A stretch of DNA of 64,000 bases from Lingula anatina (GCA_051362555.1 CM120641.1:27968401-28032400), one strand, 5' to 3'; shown: positions 12,474-25,593, counted from the first letter of the stretch. Numbers and translations are program-made. The notes: a model not told the origin generated them from the sequence alone.

Positions 12474-12791
12474 ATCAAGCTGCTGTAAGTATTGTCTTAT
12501 CCCAGTGTGTGTGCAAGCGAGCCGTGTCCCCAGAAGATCTTCACACATCTGTATCCAACCTCTGTATTTTTGTGCACCGTCTGTGAAATCCTGTCGTGTC
12601 TGCTCTAGAGCCTCATAGTGCAGGTATTGTTTTACTTCTTCAAACAGGTCTTTCCATCTTCTGTTCATTAGCAGAAGTTCCTGCTTAATTTCTGACGCTA
12701 TGTCTGGTTGACACATTTCAATGAGGAAGTTACTGGCGTCGTTGAGTATATTATGTTTCTCCTGCCATTTATCAAGGTCTCTGAAGAATTC
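12474..12791 (-). CDS. SYNE1: Nesprin constant exon 13
   Basis: ttatag|EFFRDLDKWQEKHNILNDASNFLIEMC...LLMNRRWKDLF...QQLD|gtaagt; 318 nt. Confidence 0.9.
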
Positions 12792-13033
12792 CTATAATAG
12801 AGAGAATATAAGTATGAATTAAATGATATAAAAGTATATTGTTTCTGAGCCAGTTTATTAAGGTAAGAAAATAGAAGTCACAGATGTCACGTTTTTTTCA
12901 AGCAGGTGTGTAAATAGCCATTTGGGTTGTGGGCCTTTTTTAAAATTTTAATTCAAAATGTTATATTTTTTAAGTTATTCAGAATGATTCAAAATAAACT
13001 GATATTTTAGTCAAAGAGTTACAAAGCACTCAC

Positions 13034-13239
13034 CCTTTTTTCATCAGGAGGTCTTGACAGCATCTGTTCAGCATCTGTCAGCCATACTTGTAGCAAGTCA
13101 ACACAGGCAGAGTAGCGCTTCCAGTACTGGATGACCTCCTGCAGGGCAGTTTCTACACTACGGATTTCTACAGACAAATTCTTCCATCTTGCTGTGACGT
13201 CTTCTAGGTATTTGTTGATCTTCTGGATCTCTGATTTGT
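13034..13239 (-). CDS. SYNE1: Nesprin constant exon 12
   Basis: ttcaag|(D)KSEIQKINKYL...RWKNLSVEIRSV...WLTDAEQML...EKR|gtgagt; 206 nt, phase 1-0 (an in-frame alternative acceptor would start the exon at 13230). Confidence 0.85.
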
Positions 13240-13307
13240 CTTGAAATTATGAAACAATGTCTTTATATATTGTTAATGAAGTTCATTATTCTACACCAAC
13301 TTATACA

Positions 13308-13377
13308 GGTGAAAGATCAACATTGTACCAAAAAACATTTTTTGGTGAAAGATCAACATTGTACCAAAAAACATTTT
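13308..13377. repeat. 36-bp tandem duplication in intron
   Basis: GGTGAAAGATCAACATTGTACCAAAAAACATTTT occurs twice. Confidence 0.9.
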
Positions 13378-13470
13378 GCCATTTTTTTTGTCCACCTCTG
13401 GCAACACGGACAAATAAAAAAACAAAACAAAAAACACTTATCTAAGACCTTATGAGTATAAATAACCTAC

Positions 13471-13567
13471 CTTGTGTTTCATCATTCATATAAGCTTCTG
13501 AAATTCTCTTAACTTCTGTGTAAGTTCTATCATATTGCTGAAATAGCTGTCTACCATGGACAAATTC
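13471..13567 (-). CDS. SYNE1: Nesprin constant exon 11
   Basis: ttctag|EFVHGRQLFQQYDRTY...DETQ|gtaggt; 97 nt, phase 0-1. Confidence 0.85.
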
Positions 13568-13770
13568 CTAGAAAAAAAACACATTTAACTTATTTCTTAT
13601 ATGAAAATATGACAATTTCAGTTATACCTGCATATAAATTTCATTGTAAAGTAACTTATTGTTCAGCCAATTGCTTTAAAAGATGCATGGAATTATGGCT
13701 CTTAAATAATTAAGTGCTTACTGAAACACAAGTCATGACAGAAACAAATCCATCCAAAAATCTCCCTTAC

Positions 13771-14052
13771 ATTATAATCCCGAAGCATCCGTTCCACATC
13801 CTCTTGACGGCCATTTTTAACAGTCCATGTTTTTAATTTCGCTTCAGCTGCCACAAGAAAAACCAACAATCTGTATTTGATCTCCTCATACTCAAGTCTG
13901 TTGTGTCTCGTCTGCACACTGGCTACAACCTTTTGAAGACGGTTATCAAGCATAGCTAGATGTTCAGGATTTATAAACTTTCCATTGCAAAATCCTGACT
14001 TCATTATTTCTCCAAATGCCTGACTGTTTGCACCTAGGCACTCAAAGAAGGC
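13771..14052 (-). CDS. SYNE1: Nesprin constant exon 10
   Basis: ttccag|AFFECLGAN...LLVFLVAAEAKLKTWTVKNGRQEDV...DYN|gtaagg; 282 nt. Confidence 0.9.
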
Positions 14053-14310
14053 CTGGAATAAAAAAAAAAGACTTACAATAATGCATCTTCAAGAAATTTT
14101 GTTTGATTTTAATACCATAATATATACCACTGACAAAAATGAGTTTCTGTCCCTCTTCATACACCCTAATATACAAATACCAAATTTTGAATTTTAAAAC
14201 TTGCTTCAAAAACTTGATTTATTTCCTTAATTCGGGTATCAATGTTCTAAGAAATGTATGACAACTGGGGTAAAGTTATATTTGCAGTTCACGTATGTAT
14301 TGTCACTTAC

Positions 14311-14613
14311 CCTGTGTTCATTCAGTTTTTTCTGTAAGACCTTCACCTTCTCTTCATGCTGTTCTGGTAATTCATCATCACTCCCTATGATCTCTTCTGC
14401 GTCATTCAACCAGCCGCCTATGTCCCCTAATTTCCCTGGGAGGTGACTGTCCAGCTTCTTCTGCCATTTTCTGTACTTGAAGTGGACTTGCCTCCACAGT
14501 GTGTGTAGATATTGCCATTTCTCTTCAGATATTGATAAACTGTTTTGAGCTTGACAGAGCTGAACGTACATGGCATGTCTGCCATCATAGTCCTTTCTGA
14601 ACTCTAGGAATTG
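14311..14613 (-). CDS. SYNE1: Nesprin constant exon 9
   Basis: tttcag|QFLEFRKDY...LDSHLPGKLGDIGGWL...NEHR|gtaagt; 303 nt. Confidence 0.9.
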
Positions 14614-14836
14614 CTGAAAAAAAATACATTATGAAAATAACAAATTTGTCCTTTCCTTCTTTTCTTTCTTTTTCTTGATATCAATACTGGCTATCTAAAA
14701 ACAACCAAACTTATCTTCATTAGGAATTTAAATCAAATTCTGTATCAAATCAGAACCGTCAGATCATCACTTTCTCTGATCAACTGATTTTTCATTATAG
14801 TGTTGGCATGTGTTAATGTCAAAGTCATTATCTTAC

Positions 14837-14980
14837 ATTGAATTCATCTTCAAAGTCCTGGATTGGTTCATTTACAATCTCCAAACTGTCATCTGTCTGG
14901 GCCAGCCAGTCTGCTAAATCACGGAATTCTGGACTTTCAACATCTGCTACCATTCTGGCATGCTCAACATGCTTACGTAG
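14837..14980 (-). CDS. SYNE1: Nesprin constant exon 8
   Basis: ttgcag|LRKHVEHARM...EDEFN|gtaaga; 144 nt. Confidence 0.82.
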
Positions 14981-15135
14981 CTGCAAAAAGGATGAGTGCG
15001 AATAACCATTGGCAAAGTGCCCATCGTCAAAATTTAAAAATAATTTGCTATTATAAAGTTTATGCATATATTTGTTGCATGGAAAAATATTATTTGGTTT
15101 GAGGCATCGTAACTTAGTATTTTAATGAGTTATAT

Positions 15136-15166
<31 letters not shown>

Positions 15167-16326
15167 TAGCCGGATTTACCTGTTGTATGCAGTCTAATGA
15201 ATCAGAGCAACTTGTTTCAGCATTTATATTACATAAATGATTTTTTTTTTCTAATGAAACTGGTCTTGTGATGTAAAAAAGAGTTTTGTGTTAAATAATT
15301 GTGGTGTGGCACAAGTAAATGGGAAAGTAATTTTTTTTAATCCTAGAGAAGAGAGGGAGAGGTACTGTATATTACGGTATTTTCTCACAGAAGCCATCAC
15401 TGATTTCACTTAACTGTATTTAAGTCTTGTTACCAGAAAAACTTGTTTCAGCCTATTTATTAATTTTATATAACTTTTCTCACAGACCAGCCTTTGTTGG
15501 TATAAATAATTGTATTTTTAACCAATACACATTTCTAAGGAATAGTAAAAAACGCTAAAAGCAAAAGGCTATTACAGTAACAAAAAAAAAAAATCATGTG
15601 TAAAAGCACTCTAAATAGCTATTTGGAATGTTTCCATAAACCATAAAATAAACAAGGTGTAAATTGTACCAAAATAATGATAAGGTATAACTAAAAACTA
15701 AATGAAAATATAGTACACCTAATAACAGTTATGACCAATAATCTGTATGACAATGAAATTCAATCACCTAAAAAGTACTTAATATATGATTATGTAATGA
15801 TAAAGACCTTGTATAGAATGCAATGCAAGAGTTATTTTATACAAAATATACAAACATGAGTATAAAAGAATGAATAATGAAACAATAGATAATTAATCAG
15901 ATGTGCTGTCTGAAGCACTTTTTGTCTTGCTTATACTGTCACCACTTGATGTTGGTAAATGTGAGGTATCCAAACAGCCTTCTCCACAACATAATTTTCA
16001 ATTGTATCCCTGCCTCATGTCAAACTTCATATACCACAGGACTGAAGTGATATGTGCACAACTTCCAACTGTCTTTGAACCAGCTTTACACTGTCAGTAC
16101 CAGCCACTGATGGGTTTAGTTTTGCTATGGGAGGTCTTAATCCATAATGTGTACTGGTGGCTAGATGTGTGTCTTAATTAACAATTTTGGCTCTGATTAA
16201 ATCAGGTGCATCCTTGCATACACTGATTTCAAACTGGCCATGTAGCAGATGCACATCAGTATATTGGCTAGCTTGCTTTATCTGGTTAACTTCTGGTAAT
16301 TATTATAGGCTGGTGGTCTCTTGTAT

Positions 16327-19300
16327 CAAGGAGTTATAACAGAAGGAGATTACACGCGTGGGGGCGGAGCCCGTATTACGGTCTCTCATTGGTCGGAATG
16401 AATAGAACCCAGAGAACAATGGATGCCTATCTCTGTTACGCTTAATTGTTGCTCTCGTTTAAATCTCGTTTGTTAGTATCTGTGCCTTCGTCTGTTGATT
16501 TTTGAGGACAGAAACAGAAACGGAGTCCCAAGTTTCTAAAAAATGAGAAAAATACAGAATTTATATGATATTACGTTGGACAAGGTTTTCAAAAAATAGG
16601 TAAGTGCTTTTAAATGCATAACTACACGAAATATGAAGATAAATTGCAACTTTTATGTCGTAGGGTCTCACTGTGTAAGTGTCCAGCTACACGTTGATCT
16701 CGCGAGGTGGTGTGTGGAGAATAAATATTGCACGAAAAATATTTCCCACTCATAACAAGTGCCTATAAATATAGTATCAGATGAAGAAAGTTTGGTCTTT
16801 ATACAGTTGCAATTGTTAAGTAATTTGTGGCAATAGCAAAGAATAAAACTTAGGTGCACTTTCAGTAGCTGAATAACAAGCAGATGCTTAAGCCGCCATC
16901 TTGTTAATATTTCGAAAAAAAATTACTCCAAAAGACATTTTCCTCCTACTTTTTGAAACTTGTGTCACATGACAGTCATAAAATTTAACTAATTGTTATG
17001 TGTGCAACACACTTGCTTGAGCAGTATCGTTTTTTTTGCGATTTTACATGTGGTCTAGCTTGGATACGACAATTGACAATTTTCATGAGTTCCGATCAAA
17101 AAGTGTTACGCTTGTTACGGCCAAAAGCCTTACCGCTTTTTGTACTTTTCAAATGCAAGATTATAAAAAAAATTGGTGTGTTTAGATTCTTGAACATCTT
17201 GATCGTGGCGTGGTATATATTGCATGGATACTGCTCCAATATTTCTTGGAAAAAATAACCTGATTTGTTCAGAATACCAATTTTTTACTCTAGTGTTATG
17301 GGTAAATGTACCATTTTGGCCTTTACCTTTTTCATGTTTAAATCTAAAAAGACTTATCATGACAGTTGGTCATCATTTTTCTTCTCACCATGGTGGGTGG
17401 CTTTGGAGTGGTAACTTTGTTGTTAAAGTAAAGTGCTCAGTTTTTTTTGACTGGAAAATTTTGCCTCCACCCAGCATTTTCCATCATGGCGGTCTAACAG
17501 GAAGTTTGACTTCATGGCATAGTTATTTTAAACTTATTTAGTCTTCTTTTTACATATATATGTTTTAATTCATATTAAACCTTTGAAAAAAGAACACACA
17601 TGAAACCTGGTGCTTTTAATTTAAAGTCTTAAGTTCACCTAGGCTCCACCAATTACTTTACCTGTTATCTCACTACACATCTCCCTTTGAGTCAAGGTGT
17701 GTAAGACACACCTTATTGTGTAAGACACCTCTATAATTAAGGGGTACTTGCTTCTCTACTTTAATTATACTTCACTACTTTGGCATGTTAGGTGGCAAGC
17801 TTGGATGTTTCAGTTCATTTTAAGAAAGCTTTGCCTTGGTGGTTACAAAAGAATAGAACTCTATTAAGGTTTATTCATTACTTGAAAGTAAATATTTCAT
17901 CTTGCAGTGTTGAAACAGAAATTCTCTCAAAATTGATAATGAATTTTACATGCATATCTTAACACTACTCAAGTTTTTTTTTCTTCTATTATAGATATGG
18001 GAGAAAGCTGCATTAAATATATGAATTATGGTCAGGCTGGAAAAAATTTAAAAATGTCAATGAAAAAAGGAGGTCAGCGTGTCTGGGGTAAGTTACTTTT
18101 GTCATAATGCCTAAGATGCATTAAACATTCACTAACAACAGTACACTTTTCAATTTTTTTCAAAACAACAACCTTGGGCATTTTCCTTTTAGCAACCAGC
18201 CTCTCTGAAATCCCCTTTTTGTCCTGTCAGAAGAGTAGGAACCAGGGCGGATTTAAATAATTTCTTGTAATAAGTACAATTTCTTTCAATTTCTTGGGGT
18301 TTTTAGCTTGTGATCATGAATCTTGATATTCTACATAAATTTAGTTGTAAATTGTTCATTTATGTGGTGAACATTATTTCAGTCAAGTCATAACAAGACA
18401 CATTGAACTTCACTGCGTAATTCCATAATGTCTACATGGATACTAGTAGTTCATAATGCTATTATTATGTTTTTTTTTCTAACCTACAGGTTTCTCTCTT
18501 TTCTGAGTGGCATGGCATTGGCAGGCAGAAGAAAAGGCCCTGAAGAAATTCTCACTTGGTTTGTCCTTTTTGGAGAAGAAACTGGATAAGACTGGCCAAC
18601 AGAGATTGCATTAAATTAATAGTGCTCCTTCATGACATTTTAAAATATTTTCAGTCACCTAACTGACTCTATACATTTCAAAAGTTGACATAAATTTTAT
18701 GTTACTGTCACGTGGAAAAAAATCAAAACCTATATATAATTTGTTGAGTGCCATGGTATAACAGTCTGCTTGATTGCCAGTAAAATTTGGACTGTTTCAG
18801 TGAAATTTCTTTAAAGCAGTCACTTACTGGCCCAGTTAATTTTTTCAGCTGTAACATGTACTCCAGTTCATTTTATAAATGTTCCTACTAAGTGTTGTCT
18901 TGACTTATAATAACCTTTTGAAAATCCCATGTTTTTTATCCTATTTGTAAGAATTAGTCTTATCTTCTAGGGTTTTTTTTTTCATTCAACCCATTAGATT
19001 CTCAGACCTTGCTGGCCTGTGAGTGGAATAGTATCTGGCACAGACTGGTATCAGCAAGTCAGATAAAAAAGAATATAATTATTTCTATTTGCACGGTTGA
19101 AAAAAATTCCAACACAGACTGCATAAAACTTGGAAAACTATAGCAACTTAATCATTCTTATGACTTCATTAATTACTGCTTATGTGTAAAATTTTGTTTT
19201 TGTTCTTCTATTGATATAATAAAATGGTTTTACTCACAGATGCTACTATCATGATGCTTGAGTATAGAGTTGACTTAAAAGATATTTTAAGTTAATATAG

Positions 19301-20183
19301 TAAATAATAGTTTGAAATTCAAAATTCTCATCTTTATTTGTTTCACTTTAAAGAGCTCAGTTAATACTAAAATTTCTGATATATTTTGTACATAAATATA
19401 TTTATGAATGAATAAAAATTATTCTTAATGTTTAGCACTGTGCACTTGTTTACCGACAAATAAGAAGTGTCAGTGTGTGTCAAAATAATCCTGACAATAA
19501 AAAGGGAGATTTCCAAGATAAAGAAATTTATAACGAGTATTTAATAAACTGACATGTCGTGGCATTGCCTTAACCTTTGATTAAAATTTCACTTTAATGC
19601 ATTATGATATTAAAATTATACCGAGTGAGAGAAAAAAATACTTAAAGAAATTAAAAACCAGTCACAAAGCTTAGGCACTGTCTCAATGTAAATGTGTATG
19701 GGACAAAAGGGCAGGGGGTCCAAACGTTTATGTATTAATATTATGCCCTTTGGCAGTGAGGACAGACGTTCACTTGAATGTCATTTTCACAAACCACAGT
19801 TGGGACGTTTTCTTTTGACTTATCCTTGGTGATTTTTCACTGTGTTGTGCAAAAGAAAAGTCATCTATCACCGACTCAAAAAAACTCATGGCGACCATCC
19901 TCAGTCACCACCTTATAATCGCTTTCTTTAATATCGTTCCCTCCCAGCACATCGTCCAAATAACTGCCTGTGAAAAAAATCGTCAGCATACAGCGCCGCT
20001 TTGACACTACTGATCTCGAATTCTAACGCGAAATAACGCATATAAAATCAATCTCCAAGCGGAGGAGAGCGACCCAGACGAAACCTTGAGACAGGAGGCC
20101 CCCCGTAGCTAGCTCCGCCCACCGTAACAGACATCGGACAATAGAGAGGCTTGCGTGTAATCTCCTTCTGTTATAACTCCTTG
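16327..20183. mobile_element. P-superfamily-like non-autonomous DNA transposon (3857 bp) in nesprin intron
   Basis: Perfect 31-bp TIRs CAAGGAGTTATAACAGAAGGAGATTACACGC (16327-16357 / 20153-20183); 7-bp TSD CTTGTAT (16320-16326 / 20184-20190); CA...TG ends; no long ORF. The element is well supported; the superfamily is inferred. Confidence 0.85.
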
Positions 20184-21576
20184 CTTGTATGGACAACAAT
20201 TTTGGTTGTACAAAATGTCCTTTCATGCCCATTAGAGGGGGTTGGGTCAAGCCACCTTTATGTGTAGAGGTCTATTACAGCATGGGTCTCTATATAAAGT
20301 AGGAGCCACCACAATGTACCTCTGCTATTATGATAATTAATGTAACTTTGAATATCTGAAGCACATTTTACATTTTATCTTTCTTTATCCTAAGACATAA
20401 GAATGAAAGTATGATATACTTACTGTATTTGGACTCTATTTCCTATCCATATTTCCTTTTTTTTTTTATGATAGCATGCATTACATATATGAAAATGACT
20501 TTTCCTTTTTTTGGTTGTAATTGAAAATATTTTACTGACTCTAACCCCTATTTTCCTTTCATAGACCTACATTTTATTTTGGGTTGTTCTTTGTGTACAA
20601 AAGTTTCACTGTATCTGCCTAGCCATCCTATGTAAGCATGTAGCAGCTACCTCATGGCAGGAATAAACATGGCCGCCTGCTAGCATATGGACTGAAAATT
20701 TCCCTATTTAGTTTGAGTACATATCGAGCCCAACCCTCAGACAAGCTGATTTTCACATATATCTCACCTTATATTCATGTCTTTTCAACCGTGAATAATT
20801 AGCTTGTCTGAGGCAGGGGCTCATATAAAAAATGAACATCTTTTAGCCTCAAGTCACTGTAAGATTCTTCTTTCAATTAGCACTACATGTATAAATAAAG
20901 CAATCAAAATACTGATCACAAACAATGATTGGCCACATGTTGCCTTACATTTTACATGGGCACCTTCTGTACCCAAATACAAAATTTCACAGTTGTCACC
21001 TTACTATAACTAAAGATATGTAGCATTGCAATTCAGACCCCCCCTAAAACACACATTTTCATGAATGTTTGACAAGGTCATTTTGACATTATTTTTTTAT
21101 ATTCCAAATTCAATAAAAAAAAATTTTTTAAGTGGATCATAAAAGTGTAAGACCCCAACTTTAATTTGGCATCAATTTTTTTCCATTCATTCACAATTTA
21201 TTTTTCATGTACAAAAGTGGGCACTTTTACCCCCTTATTCGCACTCATCCTTTGGAGAGAAAAATTACATAAAGGTATGTGGAAACAGATGAGATTATGT
21301 TTATATATATATATCTATGAACCCCTAAGCTAGCTTAGCTATAAAAGTGTTAAAAACTACTGTTTCTTATTTATGATAACACTTTGGACTTCTTAATTAT
21401 AGAGGGATGAGACTGTCATTTATTGTCTAAAAATCTAAAAATATAGAGTGGGGTCCAGAACTCCCCCTCCCCCTTCCAGTTTTAATTGCAGATCTGCATC
21501 AATCTCAAAAATGATATTCTTGGCTCCCAAAAAATCTCAACCCTGATTATAACTCATAATGAAAACAGAGCACTAC

Positions 21577-21683
21577 CTCGGGTTCTTTAGTTTCTCCTAT
21601 TGCTTTGGGGTCTGGATATTTACTGAGGAACTGAGCAACATATGTCATGATGGACTTCTCATCAGGCTTTGAGACATCAACAT
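21577..21683 (-). CDS. SYNE1: Nesprin constant exon 7 (end of CH2)
   Basis: acctag|(D)VDVSKPDEKSIMTYVAQFLSKYP...EPE|gtagtg; 107 nt, phase 1-0. Confidence 0.92.
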
Positions 21684-21955
21684 CTAGGTACAGAAAATGA
21701 AAATTAGACTTGAAATTTGAATATTCATACATATTTCTTTATTTCAATAGCAAAATATGTTGTTTTTTTTTATGTATATAACTCAGTCTGCTTAATCTTA
21801 TTTTCATTTGGCAAAATATAATTTAAAATACTTATCAAAGTATATATTATTTTTAAAACTATCATAATGTTGCTTGATAAATAGTAGTTTAAAATGTATG
21901 CAAAAAGAAAATTTGTCAATGTCACATATTTTGGCAATGTGGGCCAAAAACTAAC

Positions 21956-22152
21956 CTTCGGGGTCAAGTAACCTCGGGATCCCAAGATGTTCTTCTGCAG
22001 CATTGAAAGCTGTCTCCAAATTCTCCTTATTTGATTTGTTGGGCAGTAGATTCATGTCAATTAATTCTGGGCGGATAGAATGAACCATGGCACTAAATGC
22101 CCGCCCATCTCTCCAACTGGGCCCAAAATCTTTAATTTCCACTTCAACTTTC
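21956..22152 (-). CDS. SYNE1: Nesprin constant exon 6 (CH2)
   Basis: ttctag|KVEVEIKDFGPSWRDGRAF...LGIPRLLDPE|gttagt; 197 nt, phase 2-1. Confidence 0.93.
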
Positions 22153-22415
22153 CTAGAAAACAAGTACATCAAATAATGAAATTTGAGTCATTTTGCTTGC
22201 AAAGGCAAAGAGACACACTTGACTTACGGACAGTCAAGATTCTTTAAAGGTGGATTATTATTGAATGATTGATATATTTGATCAGAACCACATCAAATTT
22301 AAAGGACAATTTTCATTTCATATATGGGTAATATGCCAGGCATGCCTTGAATGATATACCGATACATACACTTCATAGCTTAATACATATTATTTTATCA
22401 AGTAAAATGGCTTAC

Positions 22416-22567
22416 TTGGCAACAGTGTGTTTTGTCCACACCAGCAGAGCTTTCTTAGCACCCATTTTAAACCTGTCTTTGGCAGACATCTTTTTCTCTG
22501 GGGGCTCCCCATCCATGTCTGCCAGACTGGCCTCCAGCTGTTCCAGCAATTTGGCATTTTCTTCAAT
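22416..22567 (-). CDS. SYNE1: Nesprin constant exon 5 (CH linker, start of CH2)
   Basis: attcag|IEENAKLLEQ...GAKKALLVWTKHTVA(K)|gtaagc; 152 nt, phase 0-2. Confidence 0.92.
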
Positions 22568-22769
22568 CTGAATTTTTTTAAATTATCCATTTTTTTAAAA
22601 CACTAATCTGTATTAATTTTGCAGTTGTCATGTTTTTCATTGTAAAGTTTCTCACACTTAACAAATGAATCACCAAGAAAAATAAATGCTCTTGAATATC
22701 AGAATAAATCAGTGTATTAACAGTGGATAATAATTTTTTCTCTACATCTTATCTCACAAATAAACTTAC

Positions 22770-22862
22770 TTGGAAATAGAGAATGATTGTCCACATAAGA
22801 CCCAATACAATGGACGGCTTGCCATCTACTATGTCTGTGGGGTTTATGTTTACTAGCTTAAT
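22770..22862 (-). CDS. SYNE1: Nesprin constant exon 4 (CH1)
   Basis: ttctag|[31 protein letters not shown]|gtaagt; 93 nt. Confidence 0.95.
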
Positions 22863-23074
22863 CTAGAAAAGAGAAATGGTTTTTAAATTATTAAATTCTT
22901 GAGTACAGGTATTTTTGATACATCAAAACCACACTAACAAACCAATATATAAGAAGGTAACAATTACTGAATATTACTAATGAGAAACAAAAACATATTT
23001 TGCACAGGTTTATGAATATCTTGTTTCAATACAAAATGCAGCATATTTGCTGATATTATCATAATTATGTTTAC

Positions 23075-23158
23075 CTTTCTGGACTCCAAGTACTTGAGAG
23101 CTGTGGTGACATTACTGAGAAAATGCAGACGCTTGCAATGCTTGCCTTTCTCAATTGC
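23075..23158 (-). CDS. SYNE1: Nesprin constant exon 3 (CH1)
   Basis: ttctag|AIEKGKHCKRLHFLSNVTTALKYLESRK|gtaaac; 84 nt. Confidence 0.93.
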
Positions 23159-23734
23159 CTAGAAAATAATTGATTAATATATATCTTCTAAGTAAAGTTG
23201 CGGGCAAAATTGATTGATTGCATAGTGATATTTACACATATAGTACTGTATTCCATTTTACTGATTGCTCCTGATACATCGTGAATAAAAGCTAGCCATA
23301 TTAATTATTAATCTGATTAATTAAATTAAATTAAATTTCATCCAGATTAATTCAATTAATGCCAGAGAAGTAAAAAAAAAGAAAGAAAGAAAAAGAAAGA
23401 AAGATGCACTTTCACAAAATAACACTTCTGAAATAGACAACAAACATAATATTAAAAACATCAAAGCATGTGATCACTTCCAGATTAATTAATACCTATG
23501 ATTTCCTTCTAGCTATGACACATATCAAAATAATTAAGTCCCACTGACAGCTCCATTCTGTTTCATTTCAGGATATAATGTTCATTGAATTTTGGGCACA
23601 AATGAAGATTTTCTCCACAATCACTTTGCTTTTTGTGAAAATTTAAGGAGGAAGGGAATGTGTGCTGTGAGTCCTTTTCCTCTCACTCCCCCCCCCCCCC
23701 CCCCACACACACACACTTTGTTCCAGCAACCTAC

Positions 23735-23830
23735 CATTTTCTCTCCAGACAACACCTCCAACAAATAAAGTAAACAGGTACCATCTTTGAAATCTTCAAA
23801 TAAATCTTTCACTTTTATGGGAGGTCTCCT
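23735..23830 (-). CDS. SYNE1: Nesprin constant exon 2 (CH1)
   Basis: ttacag|RRPPIKVKDLFEDFKDGTCLLYLLEVLSGEKM|gtaggt; 96 nt. Confidence 0.94.
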
Positions 23831-24328
23831 CTGTAAGGAAAAAAATGTAAACAGAAGATCACAAATGGTGCATTATAAATACTGTAACATGTAACACGTG
23901 TATACTGGCATACGTATATCAGCTATTGTGGTTTTAAATATCGATTTTTATTCCCTAGGATATTAAAAAATAACCCATAATATCATAAATCATAATAAAT
24001 TATAACTTACAAATACCAGGCATAAGAAAAAATACTGAATACTGAAAATACTGAATACTGAAGTTCGCCATCAACATCTATGTATCCCCCCCCCCCACCC
24101 CATTACTAACATTACAAATTTCTTGGCTTACGAGTAGCCAAATCACTACTTTTTCCTCAATTTTTTTCTCAAAACGGTAAAAATTTGACTCAAACAATTC
24201 AAATTAACCCGATTTTGTTTCGAAAAAGTCTGTTTTAGCATTTGGCTAAATTAGTGAGTGTTAGCGCAACTTTAGACTTAATTTATGTCAAAATTACATT
24301 TCATCTTTACTGATGACACTGTACCTAC

Positions 24329-24390
24329 CTTACAAAGATAGGAGTTAATCCAATTGGTGAATGTCTTCTTTTGTACCCTCTCTTGTTCAT
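24329..24390 (-). CDS. SYNE1: Nesprin constant exon 1 (start of CH1; phase-1 acceptor shared by the alternative first exons)
   Basis: ttacag|AT GAA CAA... = (D)EQERVQKKTFTNWINSYLCK|gtaggt; 62 nt, phase 1-0. Confidence 0.95.
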
Positions 24391-25593
24391 CTGTAAAAAT
24401 AAATGAGACTTGAATAACAGGGAATAAAGACTGTTTCAAAACCACCAAGTTGGGGTAAAAATTCAGGGTGGGTAAAATATTTTCTTTTCACCTCCTTCTC
24501 TATTATCTGATGTGAACTGAGGCATTAAATCAGAATTCATTTTGTGATCAGTATAGGATCATAGCTGCATTAAAATAATATTAATAATTATTGGTATTTC
24601 TGTTGTTGTTTCAGATGTCGGTTGTTATTGTTCTTCACTGAAGCATACTTGAACAAATACCCCTTGTTCCTTACTATTTAATCAGAGTCCCCACCTATTG
24701 AAGAAGACGAACATCAAAATTAGTGAAATTCATGTTAGCCAGTCTATCAATTATAGTCATTATGACAACAATAAATGAAATGTAATAGAATAAGTTAACT
24801 AAAGGGAGTGAAGATTCCAAATGAAATGTTAAATATAGCAGATTTCCTTGCTCAGGCATACTCCTCAAAAGAGCAAATGATCTATTATCATCTTTTTCTA
24901 CTCCCTCTCTTGGTTTATGGTCTCCAAGACATACACAGCTGACAGCTGTTCCTCTAACTAAACAGCATGATATTTAATGTTATGATCATATTATGTAGAA
25001 AAACTGCCTGGCAGGCATAGCATGTTTCTATAGTTACAAGCAATTCTTGTTGAAAGCAACACATTATTTTATTTCTTTAATATGAAGGCACGACCTTTCA
25101 AAGTGCTGCTCAGACTTATATATATGTTACTGTTATTTGAACTGGAGGTTACACAACAAATAAAACGCAAAAAAAAGTCTATTCAAGTAATAATATGTCT
25201 TGAGGCTTAAGATGAGTGATAACCTGAAGAATATCTTCACCAATGCAGAACACTCCATTACATCGGAAAACATAATTCTCATAACCCTTTGTCTAGACCT
25301 GTGATCCTTTCTCGTACTATGAGCAATATGAAAAATCATATTTAATCATATCATAAGACATAACGCAACTTGCAAATCTTTAATTTGTAACCTAGCTGGT
25401 ATTCCTAGGACCTGGAGAAAAGAATCCATATGGAAAATGTTTTTTTGGACAGAGAGGAAAAGTGATGAAGTGATTGATCATAAGCTAATAATTCTACTCT
25501 CTATTCATGAATACAAACTGCATTAGCACCCATCATGGATAAATAATTGTACTCATTAATGTAAATATTAGATATCAGATTTGTTATTTACAA

